Below, in pieces: positions 38,924 through 50,437 of a stretch of 64,000 nt of DNA; position 1 is the stretch's first letter, and each line of letters begins with the position of its first letter. The translations under genes and the position numbers were made by a program. Under the pieces are notes generated by a model, which was given only the letters and a program-made list of their open reading frames with translations, was not told the origin of the DNA and did not search any database. The stretch is taken from the NCBI RefSeq assembly GCF_009834535.1, contig NC_045697.1, positions 2,978,001 through 3,042,000 on the forward strand, read 5' to 3'. Source of the DNA: Camelus ferus (Eukaryota).

Positions 38924-40174
38924 CCTGGGTTGTCTTGAAGTCCCGCCAGCTCTACCTTCACACCACAAAGGGGAATGCGTGTAAGATATAAATATGTCAG
39001 ACACCCCGCACATTGTAGGTCCTCAAGAAAAAAATGAAAGCTGTCACCATTATTATAAACAACTTGAAATTTGCCCAGGAAAACAAATCTGGCCCTCTTG
39101 ACCTTTTACATGTGGCCGCGTTCTGTGCCTTAAGAACACTGGTTTCCAACTGACACCTTTCATAGCCCTGACTCTGAAAATGATGAAAAGATGAGGCCAC
39201 AATCACGTGTGACCTGGAGAAAGCAGGCATTTTCTGATCCATGTGGCAACGAGGCTGAGCATGTTCACAATCATGGAAAGAGGGGCAGGAAAGAGGGGGA
39301 GGGAAGCGCGTGCGCACGCACATGTGTGTGTGGTAGGGGAGAGGTCGTGTGTGTGTGTGTGTGTGCGGCGGGGGAGAGGCCACCAGGACTGCCTGTAGCT
39401 TGGTAACAGTGGGTGGATTTGTCCCCAAGGACACATCCATCTGGGGACCATGAATAGCCATGCCTAGAGCTGGTCTGGGCAACGGGGGGTTACAAGGGAG
39501 TGGGGCAAAACACCTGCGCTCCCGGGGCACTCATGAGAAACTGACCAAGGGCTTCCAGGACCAAAGGAAAGCTCCAGACAGGGGTGTCCCGTCCCCCGGC
39601 CAAGACATAGGCTCTGCCCAGCCCGACCACGCAGGGCGCGCCAGGAACCGGGCTCACGTGGCAGAATTGTGGGAAGTCGCGGCAAGAAGGAATCTCCGAT
39701 GACGTAGGGCTGTTATTTATAGATGGAGAATCCCAGGCAAATATTAGGCTAGGACCTGGGCTGGCAGTGACCACACTGCCTAATCTCTTCTTCCTCGACA
39801 CCAGGACGGAAACATGCAGGGAGGGCGTGGAGACCATCCCTCAGCTGACCACCCCAAGGGAGGTGCTGTCCGTGTTTGGCTAGAGAGCCTCCCGGTCTTT
39901 TCCTTCGTAAGAGGCTTTTTACTTTGAAATTATGCTGTATGCATGCATTTTGTGTCCTGACTGAGTCACTTGAAGGGACTGTGTAAGCCCTTTCCCCATC
40001 AGAGGGTCTTCAACATCAATTTCAGTATCTACCCAAATCCTTTCAGATGCCTGGCCCGCAGTAAACATAGCCACTCCCCTGCTGATAAACGTTTACATCG
40101 ATTCCAGCTCGGCTCTGGGCTAATCAGTATTAATCAGTATCCTGTACCTCATCTCACTGATTTCTTGTGACACG

Positions 40175-40310
40175 ATCAGTGTGGCTAACCCTATATTACA
40201 AATGAGGACTCTGAGGTTCAGAGAGGTTAAGTAACTTGCCCCAGGTCACACAGCTGGGAAGCAGCAAGAGTGAGGATTCACACCCAGGGTGCATGTCTCT
40301 AAGGCCCAGC
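40175..40310 (+). mobile_element. MIR SINE fragment
   Basis: ttacaaatgaggactctgaggttcagagaggttaagtaacttgccccaggtcacacagct..ggattcacacccagg. Confidence 0.8.
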
Positions 40311-43149
40311 GTTTATTTCCTATGTTATTGTGCAAGTAAGCTTCTGTGGATGGTCACGGCCACTTCCTTGGGGTAGAGCCTCAGAGAGAGATGGCTGGGC
40401 CCAAGGGTCGGAGCCGTTTTCACATTCCTTTGACTGGGGCCAAATGGTATTCCAGACAGTGGGACTGACTGTCTTCCCGCCACTGCCCACCCCCTCCCAA
40501 CCGTTTCTCAGAAATGATCATAATGATGGCCAAAGGGGGGCCACTGGGGTCACCACAGCTGCTTCTGTGCCTTCATGGGTCTCTTTGATAGGCAAATAGA
40601 ATGTAATAACAGTATATTGTCTTGATTAGGACTTTAAAAATCACTAAAGAATTTGGACTCTTTTTGGCAGGCGGAGGTCTGGTTTACCGTCTGGCCCTGG
40701 TCTCGGCACACCCAGGGCGGCTACAGGCTGGTCAGTAGCAGAGATGACTCAGAGCACATGGTGCCGGCCGGGGCCCGGCCTGTGGGGCAGGAAGGCTGTT
40801 CTTACTCTGCCTCCTGGTGCCTCTGTGACGGAGGCTCACGTTTCCTGGGGCACTAGGTCCATCTCCATGTTTTTCTCCTTCGAGGAGCAGTCAATGTTGT
40901 CAAATCTCTAAGAAGATTAGAGGGTTAGACAAATGCCAGGGCCAAGCGTGAGCCTGAGGCAGCCCCTCACTCAGGGCCCAGTGTTCCAGGCGGCACTTAC
41001 AGAGAAAGGCAGCCATTGTACTGCAGAAGCCCCAGAGAGCCTGCTCTTCCCGAGCCGGGCGCACCTGCTTGGCCTAGGCTGTGGTGCAAGATTAAACAAA
41101 GGGTCTTCACTGTCAGGCTGGGTGGGAGAAGGACTTAGAACTGGGCCCCGGCCTCCGGCCTCTCGGGCTGGCTGACGTCAGTACAGCAGTGGCCTGGCGG
41201 CGGCCCGCACAACTGGAGGCTTACGTCACGCTAGCTCACGGGACACATCTCTGCGCTGCCGTTCTCACACCCTGTGTCCAGAGGGGGACGCAGGGCCCGG
41301 AGAGGGAAGGGACGTGCTGAGGGGTGCACAGCACAGGGCGTGGGGGCGAGTCTGCGTCCCGTGCAGGCAGCCCCCCATCTGGGCCCTCGGCTGCTCAGCT
41401 TTCGGCCTTGTCCAAAGAGCTAACAACTCCTTGGAGACACGGAATGAAGGATTTCCATCCACTCTGGACTTTGTAACTGGGGAGTGGCATCGCAGCCCTG
41501 TGGCCCAGGCGAGGGGACAGGGACACCAAGGAGCAGCCTGTCCTCTCCCTCTGTGTGGGGATGGGAGCGAGCAGAGTGGGTCTACCTGGCAGGGCCACTC
41601 GGAGTCCCCAGATCGCTGGTGGGAGGGCGGGTCCTGTGCGCTAATAGGTGTATGAGCTGAAAGGAGTCTGGAAACTGAATCTCCAGAGGGTCTCGGGGTC
41701 CCGGGGCACTGGGTCCACTGCGGTCCTCTCCTGAGGACTCTGAGACCCTCTGGAGATTCAGTTTCCAGACTTCCACAGCTGCTTCTCCCAAACTGACCAG
41801 CCTAAGAAGGCACCAGTGGTGGAGGAAGGCTGCCCGGCTGCTCTCGCCCCCAGACTCACAGGACACCAAACCAGGCACAGCTCCAAAGCTGGGGCTCCCC
41901 TGATCAGACACCAGGAACTCCCCTTGCCCACCCCATCCATGTCCTCGAGACCTGCACTGCAGAAAAGTCTTCTTGTGTCCGTGTGATGATCATTTACCAA
42001 CATGTGCAACCTGTGTGTTGTTTTGATAGCCTTGTACCAGTCATTGTAGTAACAACCCCATCCAGAATAAGTTATTCAACATTTGGAGCCTCATGACCAT
42101 AAGAAATCGTGAATAAATCAATTTCCACGTTGACTGTGGGATTTTTGTTTCAGAGACCGCGATGGGCACCTTCGATCTCTGAAACACATTGCATTTGCAC
42201 ACAGTTCTGTGGGGAGGGGGATGGAAATGGCTTCTCCGGGAGAAAAGGGGACAAGGTGAGATGCTGACTTTACTCAGAGCCTGGCTGTGGGTTTTATAAA
42301 CAGCGGTTAGTGGTCTTGATTCTGCATCTAGGATCTACTGCAGGTGCTCAAAGGGACGAGATGACCGGTAAACGTAAAGATGCCAGTACACAGACTCTAT
42401 CTTCTGCGATCAGTTAAGGTTTTGATGAAACTTTGTGTCGATTCAAAGACATATGTGGGTTCCATGGTTTTTCAAAACTCTGGCTCGGGGGCTGTGACCC
42501 ACGAGGATCTGGGACTGACCGGCATCAGGGAGGAAAGGGACCAGCCAGGGTGCCTGGGCCTGGCTCCCCTGTTCCCTGGGGCCTGTCCTGAGGGAAGGTG
42601 CCCCATTCTCTACCTAGCAATGCCCTCAGCCCCGCCCTGGGGCAGGAGGTGTGTGTTGGGGGTCAGTGTGGTGCCCGACCTCTCTCCCTCTTGCAGGGGG
42701 TCTCGCCTCGTCCACGTGGTGGGAGACCAGTGGGGTGTTGGGAAGCCTCGCTGTGGTCTGGGGGCCGACCACCGCCCCATGGGGTCTTCCCACCCAAAGC
42801 AGAGCCCGGCGTTCAGGTATTAACTGCCTCTGTTATAGTCCATGCTGGGAGCAGCCCACCTGGAGGGGCCGAGGGGGCCTCATCCCTGGTGGGGTAAGAA
42901 GGCGAGGGCACTGGGCTGGCCCCTCAGCACAGCCCAGTTCTCATCCCTGGTCTTGCCTCTTTCTAGAAGCTTCCATAAGGAAGTCCACTCCACTCTAGGC
43001 TGAGGGGCCAGAGCTGGAGTCTGTGCCTGGAGCCCAGTCCCCCAGGGGTTCAGTGAATCAACGGAAACCTGTATGTGGGGGGTCCACCTGGGGCCCGTGG
43101 GGGGAGCTGGTCACCCCTGCTAACATGGCCCCACGCGTGCTCTCCCCAG

Positions 43150-43333
43150 CGTGCGGCTGCGACCTGGCCGAGGGCGGCTTCTTCGTGCGGCAGGGCGAGT
43201 ACATCTGCACACGGGACTACCAGACGCTGTACGGGACCCGCTGCTTCAGCTGCGACCAGTTCATCGAGGGCGAGGTGGTGTCTGCGCTGGGCAGGACCTA
43301 CCACCCCGACTGCTTCGTGTGCGCTACCTGCCG
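43150..43333 (+). CDS. ABLIM2: ABLIM2 coding exon 3 (184 nt, phase 1/2): end of LIM1 and most of LIM2
   Basis: Branch-like gctaac near 43119, acceptor tctccccag|CG, donor CCG|gtgagc. Translates (A)CGCDLAEGGFFVRQGEYICTRDYQTLYGTRCFSCDQFIEGEVVSALGRTYHPDCFVCATC(R). Phases match both neighbours. Confidence 0.96.
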
Positions 43334-44269
43334 GTGAGCGAGGGTGGGCAGCCACTCTGTCCTCCCCACTCTCCTTCTTCCCCTCCTCCATCCTCCCTCC
43401 TCCTTCCCCTCCTACCTCCCTCCCTTTCTACCTTCCTTCCTTCTCTCCTTCCTTCATGCATTCACTCATCCAAGCTTTCCTAAGTGCCTGCAAGGCCAGG
43501 CCCTGGGCTGGCACTGGTGACTGGGAACTGCATCAGTCCAGATCCCACAGGGTGCAGCATCTGGACAGACTACAGTGAGGCATGAGCTGCCCCACCCCAC
43601 CCCCAGAGCCGCCCCACCCCCTCTCCTCACAGCCCCGCTGCATCCTGGGCTCCACAACCTTCTCTGGCAGCGTGTCCTGGAGCCACTTGATGCTAACGCC
43701 ATGCAGGCAGGGCCTGGGTCTGATTCCTCTCCGGTGCCTGGTACCTGGCAGGTGTATAGTGAATAATGGCTGGAGACGGACTGAAGTCCTAGCCCTCGGC
43801 AGCAGGGCTACACCCGGCTCCCCTCTCTGCCCTACACCTCTGGGTGCTCAGAGGGAGGTCAGCAGGCAGCCTTACTGCGGGGGCATCCTCCCTCCTCCCC
43901 CCACAGCCCCACCAGACACATCACTCCCAGAAAAAACATTCCATTGCTAGAAAACAAAGAATGACAAACCCCAGAGTTTGTTTTCTGCCTGTTCTCTCCG
44001 AGCCACCACACCCAGCTGAAAGGGGACACTTTGAGTGTTGTTCCCCAAGCTGTTTTCTGTAGTTACGGCATGTGCCCGAGACAGAAGTAGAAGGATTTGT
44101 CAGGGGGCTGCTGAGAGAGGCAGGGACAATGACAAGGAATGTTCCTAGCGAAAGAGTCACCATATGTTTTTGTGGTGTGCTTGGGTCCCAGTTCCCCCAA
44201 CGGTGATCTGAATGTTTGATTTCTGTGCCCATAGCTCAGAGACGAGGGTTGACATGATCACAGTGGGTT

Positions 44270-47005
44270 TGGAAGATGGTAATCTGCCATTTTAAAATAA
44301 GAGCAGACAGCTCTGTCACGCTGGAGTAACAGGGGCTGGGCTTATCTACCCACTATAAACAACTAGAAAACTGGACAAAATATACAAAATTACTGTTCTG
44401 GAATGTTGGGGTGCAGGAGGCTCAGGACTCACAGAAGGGAGACAAATTTGGTGACCCCTGTGACTGCCTGGCTTTCTGCCTGGAAGCTGTTTCTTGACAT
44501 AGGACAAGGAGGGGATCCAAGTAGAGCTTGGAATCCTCCCTGAGTTAGGAGACAGGAATCTGAGAGACAAAGGCAGCCTATCAGCAGGAAGAGAGCTCCA
44601 CAGAAAAAGAAATCCAGAAGGCTGTGCAGAGGTGCCTTTGCATCTTGGACTAAATATGAAACCACGTAGACAGAAAGGAAATCTCACAGGGTGGGGCAAA
44701 GAGTGAACAGGTTTCTGTAAACTAGACATTCCCAGGCTGGGGAGACATTTTTGACCTGGCCGGGAGGAAACTCCTTGTTGAACACCCAGCCACGCAGTGA
44801 GGACACTGAAAGCGTCGTACCTTCTTAGTGGAACTGAAATAGCCCTAGAGTGAAGGCTGCTGTAAACCTGCTCAAAGTACAAGAACAAATCTCAAAAAGG
44901 CCACGCTGATCTGCAAATGAGCTGTCTGCCAAAGCAAACCCCAGCGCTCTTTGCGGGTAGCCCCCGACAGCATGAACTTGACCATGTCCAACACCCGCCA
45001 GATGCGAGTGGCCATAAGATGAAGCTGGAAGATGTGACCCAGGGCCAGAAGGAAACCCAGCCAGTAGCAACAGGCCCAGAAATAAGATCAGTGGTGGAAC
45101 CAACAGATGACACTTGAAAACAGCCGGCGTAAATACGTTTACTGAGCTGAAAGGAAAATGTGAACGTGCGTAGGAACGTCATGGATGATCTAAAAGAAGC
45201 CAGATGGAAACCCTATAAATGGAAATTGAAATTTCTGAAATGGAAAATTCCCTGAAAGGAATGAGTGGTAGATTAGGTATTGCAGAGGAACATTTGGGTG
45301 AACTTGAAGACATAACAATAGAAACTATTCAAATTAAAGCAAAGACAGGTAAAAAGTCTGAAAAATATGAAAAGGGACTCAGTGATCTGTGGATATAGAT
45401 CTTTCTATCTATCCATCTGTCTAGGTTGGGATGGGGAGGCCAAGGGGATGGAAGAAGACTGCAAATATATGAAGAAGTCATGGCTAGAAAATGTCCAATT
45501 TTGATGAAAACTACAAACTCATGGAATCAAGAATCTCAATGAACCCCAGGCAGAATAAACACAGTAGAAAGCTACCAAGTCCATCATAATCCAACTTCTG
45601 AGAAACAGTAATAAGAAGAAAATCTTAAAAGCAGCAAGAGGGGAAAAAACCCAGTAGGTACAGTGGATCAGAAGAATGACTGCAGACTTCTCTGAAACTG
45701 TGCATACCAGAAGGCTACAGAACAGCATCTGCAAAGAGCTGAAGGGAAAAATTGATCAAACGATTCTGTGCCGCAGCCCCCCACAACAAAAGCACCTTTC
45801 AGCAATGAAGACAAGACTAAAGGATGTAGCATTTCTTTTTAGGGTGACGAAGAATATCCCCAAATTGATTGTGTATTCATAACTCTGAATGCACCAACAT
45901 ATACAACCATTGAATTGTACACATTGAATGGTACGTGAATGTTACAGAGCATGTGACTAAAATAATGTCAACAGAGCTGTCACACACACACAAAAGGAAG
46001 GCAAAATACTTTGGTAGACCACGAACGCTAAGAGAATTTTTTGCCTGCAGACCTACACTACAGTAAAGTCAAAGAATTTTTGCAAATTGAAGAAAAATAA
46101 TGTCAAAAGATATCAAGAAATTGCAAAAGCAAGCCATCAACTAGGGGATAATATATATCTGATGAAGGACTAGTATCTATACCATATCAAGAATTTCTAC
46201 AACTCAATCACAAGAAGACAAAAACAAACTCTTAAAAATGGGCAAGAGTTTAACAGCTGCTCCGCAAAAATATATACGAATGACTAGTAAACGCATGGAA
46301 CAATGATTAAATTAGAATCACTACTCATCAGGAGGCTGCAAACTGAAACACAGTGAATACCATCAAACATCCTTTGGAATGACGAACACTGAGAAGATGG
46401 ATGATGTCAGGTGCTGATGAGGTTGCGAAGCAGATGTGCACACAACGCTGGTGGGAAGGCAGAGTGGTACAGCCTCTACAGAAGCAGTTTGGCAGTTTCT
46501 TGTAAAGCTAGACACATAGTTAACATATGGCCCAGCAATTCCGCTCCTAGGAATTTACCCAGAAGACAAAAGCACATGACCACATGGACTTGTCAACAGC
46601 CATTCTTAGCAGCTTCCTTTGTCACAGCCCCAAACTGGAAAGAACTCAAATGTCCTTCAATGTGAATGGAACACATGCTGTGGCCCACCTGTGCTAAGGA
46701 ACCAACCCGCCTTGGCAATCAGAAAGAATGCATGCAGCCACGTGAGTGAATCTCAAAACCATGACACAAACAAGACATCAAAGACCACGTTCTGTGTGGT
46801 TCCTTTCCTATGCAGTTCCAGAATATCAAGTCTGATCCCTGGGATAGAATGCTGACCATGGCTGCCTGGGGCCAGTTTTGGGGGCAGGGCATGATTGTGA
46901 ACTGTCCCAGCAGACTTCTTGCTGTGGACAGAATGTCCTGTATCGTGACTGTGGTGTTGGTTACATGAGTGTGTACATTTGTCAAAATAAACTTCAATTA
47001 AGTTT
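44270..47005 (+). mobile_element. Ancient L1M (L1ME/MC-like) relic with 5' region, ORF1 remnants and ORF2 end/3' UTR
   Basis: ORF1p-like remnants: RMTADFSETVHTRRLQNSICKELK at about 45673-45745, aagaagaaaatcttaaaagcagc, and the coiled-coil region tgaacttgaagacataacaatagaaact. ORF2-end motifs at 46100-46670: cccagcaattccgctcctaggaatttaccc and ccaaactggaaa. Confidence 0.8.
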
Positions 47006-47088
47006 GAATTACTAGAATAATAGCCACCATTCATTCATCCCCTCCTGGTCCCAGGCAGTATATTAGAGCTTTCCATGCCATAGGTCCA

Positions 47089-47711
47089 ATGGATAGATGG
47101 ATGGATGGATGGATGGATGGATGGATGGATGGATGGATGGATGGATGGGCGGGTGGATGGGTGGATGGATGGGTGGGTGGATGGGTGGGTGGATGGGTGG
47201 ATGGATGGATGGGGGGTTGGATGGATGGATGGATGGGTGGATGGGTGGATGGGTGGATGGGTGGATGGATGGATGGATGGACGGATGGGGGACGGGTGGA
47301 TGGATGGATGGATGGACGGATGGGGGATGGGTGGATGGATGGATGGATGGATGGATGGATGGGTGGGTGGGCGGGTGGGTGGATGGATGGATGGATGGAC
47401 GGGTGGACGGATGGACGGATGGACGGATGGATGGATAGATGGATGGATGGATGGATGGATGGGTGGGTGGACGGGTGGATGGATGGATGGGTAGGTGGAT
47501 GGATGGGTGGGTGGGTGGGTGGATGGATGGATGGATGGATGGACGGATGGGGGGGGATGGATGGATGGATGGGTGGGTGGGCGGGTGGGTGGATGGATGG
47601 GTGGGTGGGTGGGTGGATGGATGGATCGATGGGTGGGTGGATGGATGGATGGATGGGTGGGTGGGTGGATGGCTGGATCGATGGTTGGATGGATAGATGC
47701 ATGGATGGATG
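47089..47711. repeat. Long imperfect (GGAT)n/(GGGT)n tetranucleotide repeat, about 620 bp
   Basis: Continuous ggat/gggt/ggac/gggc units. It is the source of the MDGW/PSIH pseudo-ORFs. Confidence 0.98.
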
Positions 47712-47734
47712 AGTAACAACTCTGTGACACACGT

Positions 47735-47815
47735 GTTCTTAGCCCCACTTTACAGGTGAGAAACAGGAACTCAGAGAGGTTAAGTAACTTGCTCTGGGTT
47801 ACACAGCTAGAGATC
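47735..47815 (+). mobile_element. MIR SINE fragment
   Basis: ccccactttacaggtgagaaac..tcagagaggttaagtaacttgctc..gttacacagctag. Confidence 0.75.
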
Positions 47816-48534
47816 CGCTCAGAGCACATCCAGGAATGGAGAGGGACTCTCATTGGGAGTCTGTGTCCGAAGCCTCCCCCATCACCAAGACAGCTGCAAG
47901 ACACTCAGAGGAAGGAAGGCAGACCACAGCAGTACCCAAGCAAGCACGGTGCAGCACAAGGCTCCAAGGCCACCAGCGGGTCGAGGGCTGCAGGCCCGTC
48001 TCACATCTGGAGGCAGCCAGCTCAGCCTGTGTTTGTCCTCGGTCTCCAAGAGCCAGGACAGCTGGATGGGGCCAGGATCATATCTGCTAAATGGACCTAG
48101 GGTTCTGAACACCAGCCCCACAAAGTGGCGGTTACAGCAGGGCTTTTGTTGGGGGAAGGCATTGGCAGGCTTGTGGGTAGGAGAGCCCCTCTGGTTGCAG
48201 AGTCGGGACTGGACTGGGGCTGGAGTGACCCAGGCGGGCCCCGTGAGGACGCCAGACAGGGGAGGGCGGCTGAGCTAGGTCTCCTGGAGGCCCTGGGCTG
48301 CCCCGCCACCCCTCACCATGGCACCGTGATTCCGCCTGCTGGTGCAGGTGGGGAGACTGTGGCTAAGATGTCAGTGACCAGCCTGAGGTCGCACCTCAGC
48401 GCCTGGATGAAGAGGCCCGGTATCCTGGGCCTGTGGTCCCAGGGGAGGTGGTGGAGCCGTGTCTTGGATGGGGCTCCCCCGCGGGAAGAATGCAGGAAGG
48501 TGGTCCTGGCTGGTAATGTTCTGTCTCGTTTCAG

Positions 48535-48650
48535 GTTGCCCTTCCCGCCTGGGGACCGAGTGACCTTCAATGGGAAGGAATGCGTGTGTCAGAAGTGCTC
48601 CCTGCCCAAGTCAGCGGGCACCAGCGTGCACCTGTCCCAGGGCCTCTGGA
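48535..48650 (+). CDS. ABLIM2: ABLIM2 coding exon 4 (116 nt, phase 2/1): end of LIM2 and linker
   Basis: Acceptor ctgtctcgtttcag|G and donor GGA|gtaagt. Translates LPFPPGDRVTFNGKECVCQKCSLPKSAGTSVHLSQGLW(S). Confidence 0.95.
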
Positions 48651-50301
48651 GTAAGTGGGCTCGGAGTGGCCTGGTGGGGTGGCCTCTGCCGTGTCGGGAG
48701 GGCACCTGACAGCACGGGGACTCAAGGCAGAGTCGGTTGAATGAGAACCTATGGATAAACATGGCGCAGGGAACCGGGGCCAGACATCTCTGGGTGCCCC
48801 TGCCTCTAAGCCTTTGCTCAGCTGTGCCCTCCTCCCCGTGTGCCACTTCTGCTTTTACATCCAACTCCCACTCCTGATTGCAGTTTGGCTCTAGCCCACC
48901 TCCTCCTGGAAGTCTTCTGGCCTCCTTCTGGTCCTCTCCCTCCAGCACCCATACTCAGCTCCCCACAGTTAATTCCAGACCATCCAGGAGTCCTTTGGCA
49001 GAGCCCCTGGGAGAGCATTGATCTCTGGGCTCCTGTGACCTGGAGCTCTCCAGTTAGCTGCTCTGCCCCCCGGGAGCTGGGTCAGAGGGTGTATGCAGTG
49101 GGTGCTCAGTACATGCTTCTTGGATGAAAAGGGAGATTGTTAGTGGAAACGATCGGGCACCCGGGGAGTGCCCACAGCCTGTGGATGTGGGCAGAGTGAG
49201 AGCGAGGCCGGGGCAGAAAGGCACCTGCCTTCCCTCGAGGGGTGGCTCTTCCAGGACCAGAGATGGGGCTCAGGGGCCGGGAAGGGAGCCCAGTGCTCCA
49301 GGACCTGCTTCCACCAGGCTCCCACTGCAGAACATGGTTTTCAGAGCCCACCCTGCATGCAAGGTTGCTGTGGTGTCCCCAGTGTCTCCTCCTGGGACAG
49401 AGGAGGGATTTCTACTGATTTCCAGAGCCAGCATCTTGCTCATACGCAAGCCCCTCTCCTGTGTTAAAACCTCCTTCCCACCTGCCCACCGTGTCTGCTA
49501 CACTGAAAATCTGTGCAGAGGGGATCGCACCTCCCACCTCCTAGGAGTCAAATGTTGGCCTCAAGGGCTGATAATACTTTTATCTGGAAATGAGGTAAGC
49601 TCCCAACAGTTCCAGTTGGTGAAGCTGTGGCTTTGGGGCCTGCTAGGAGCGTCCTCCATTCAAACTGTTTCTCTCCAGCTGAGGTCTGGATTGATTGAAT
49701 TTTTGAGAATTTGTTTCACAAACAGTAGCACTATTGTAATTAAATTGGAAGTAGTCATCAAAAACTATAACAAAATTTGCAAAGGTCAGGATAAGTTTGA
49801 ACAGTTTGTCCAGAGCCTCCTGGCAGCCAAAGTAAAAAGGGAAATATGCCCAACCACAGACTTTTTGAAAATTTCAAGACTTTTTAAAAATGTCATGGGC
49901 AGAAAGGCTGCCCTTCCCAAGTGGAAATTTATTTTAAAATAACAAATTTGTGTTTTCAAAGAACAAATATTCCACTGACCCCCAGATGGTCTAATAATAT
50001 AATCTACCCCTTCTCTCCATCCACAGTGAGAATCCCCCACTTACAACCTTTTTTGTGTCTAGAAATCATTAACATTCATCACTAGCTCTTGGCTTCTGTG
50101 TGAATGTCTATGGAGTCTTCCCAACTCCTGCCTCCTTTTATCCCCAGGGCAGCCCTGCCAGGCAGGAGTGCCCCCTCCTTGTACAGGAGTGTGAGTGCCC
50201 TGAGCCTGGTGGGGAGGCGGGGGGTGTGCTGAGTGTGCAGTGTCCAGCTTGGGAGTGGTGGGGCTGAGGTTTGAGCCAAGGCCTTTAAACTCCAAAGTAG
50301 G

Positions 50302-50437
50302 AAGGGAGAGGGTGTAGCTGAGTGGTAGAGTGTGTGCTTAGCATGCACAAGATCCTGGGATCAATCCCCGGTACTTCCCTTTAAAAAAATAATGAATAAA
50401 ATAAATAAACCTAATTACCTTCTCCCCACCAAAAAAA
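50302..50437 (+). mobile_element. tRNA-derived camelid-type SINE (Vic-1-like) with target-site duplication
   Basis: gggtgtagctgagtggtagagtgtgtgcttagcatgcacaagatcctgggatcaatccccggtac, then an A-rich tract and taaataaacctaattacc. TSD taaactccaaagtagg (50286-50301) and taaactccgaagcagg (50438-50453), 14/16 identical. Confidence 0.9.

Noticed and set aside
45676..45882. L1 ORF1-like peptide as a functional or domesticated gene
   Set aside because: Short fragment surrounded by stops and frameshifts in a decayed L1.
47031..47904. Long ORFs on both strands (PSIH- and MDGW-rich, up to 289 aa)
   Set aside because: Translations of the stop-free GGAT/GGGT microsatellite.
49124..49942. 272-aa + strand ORF
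   Set aside because: No recognisable domain or exon-like splice context. It spans GC-rich intron and an AT-rich, probably transposon-derived block.
50305..50378. Possible tRNA gene (also 22220-22292 on the minus strand)
   Set aside because: Degenerate stems, A-rich tail and TSDs identify these as tRNA-derived SINEs.
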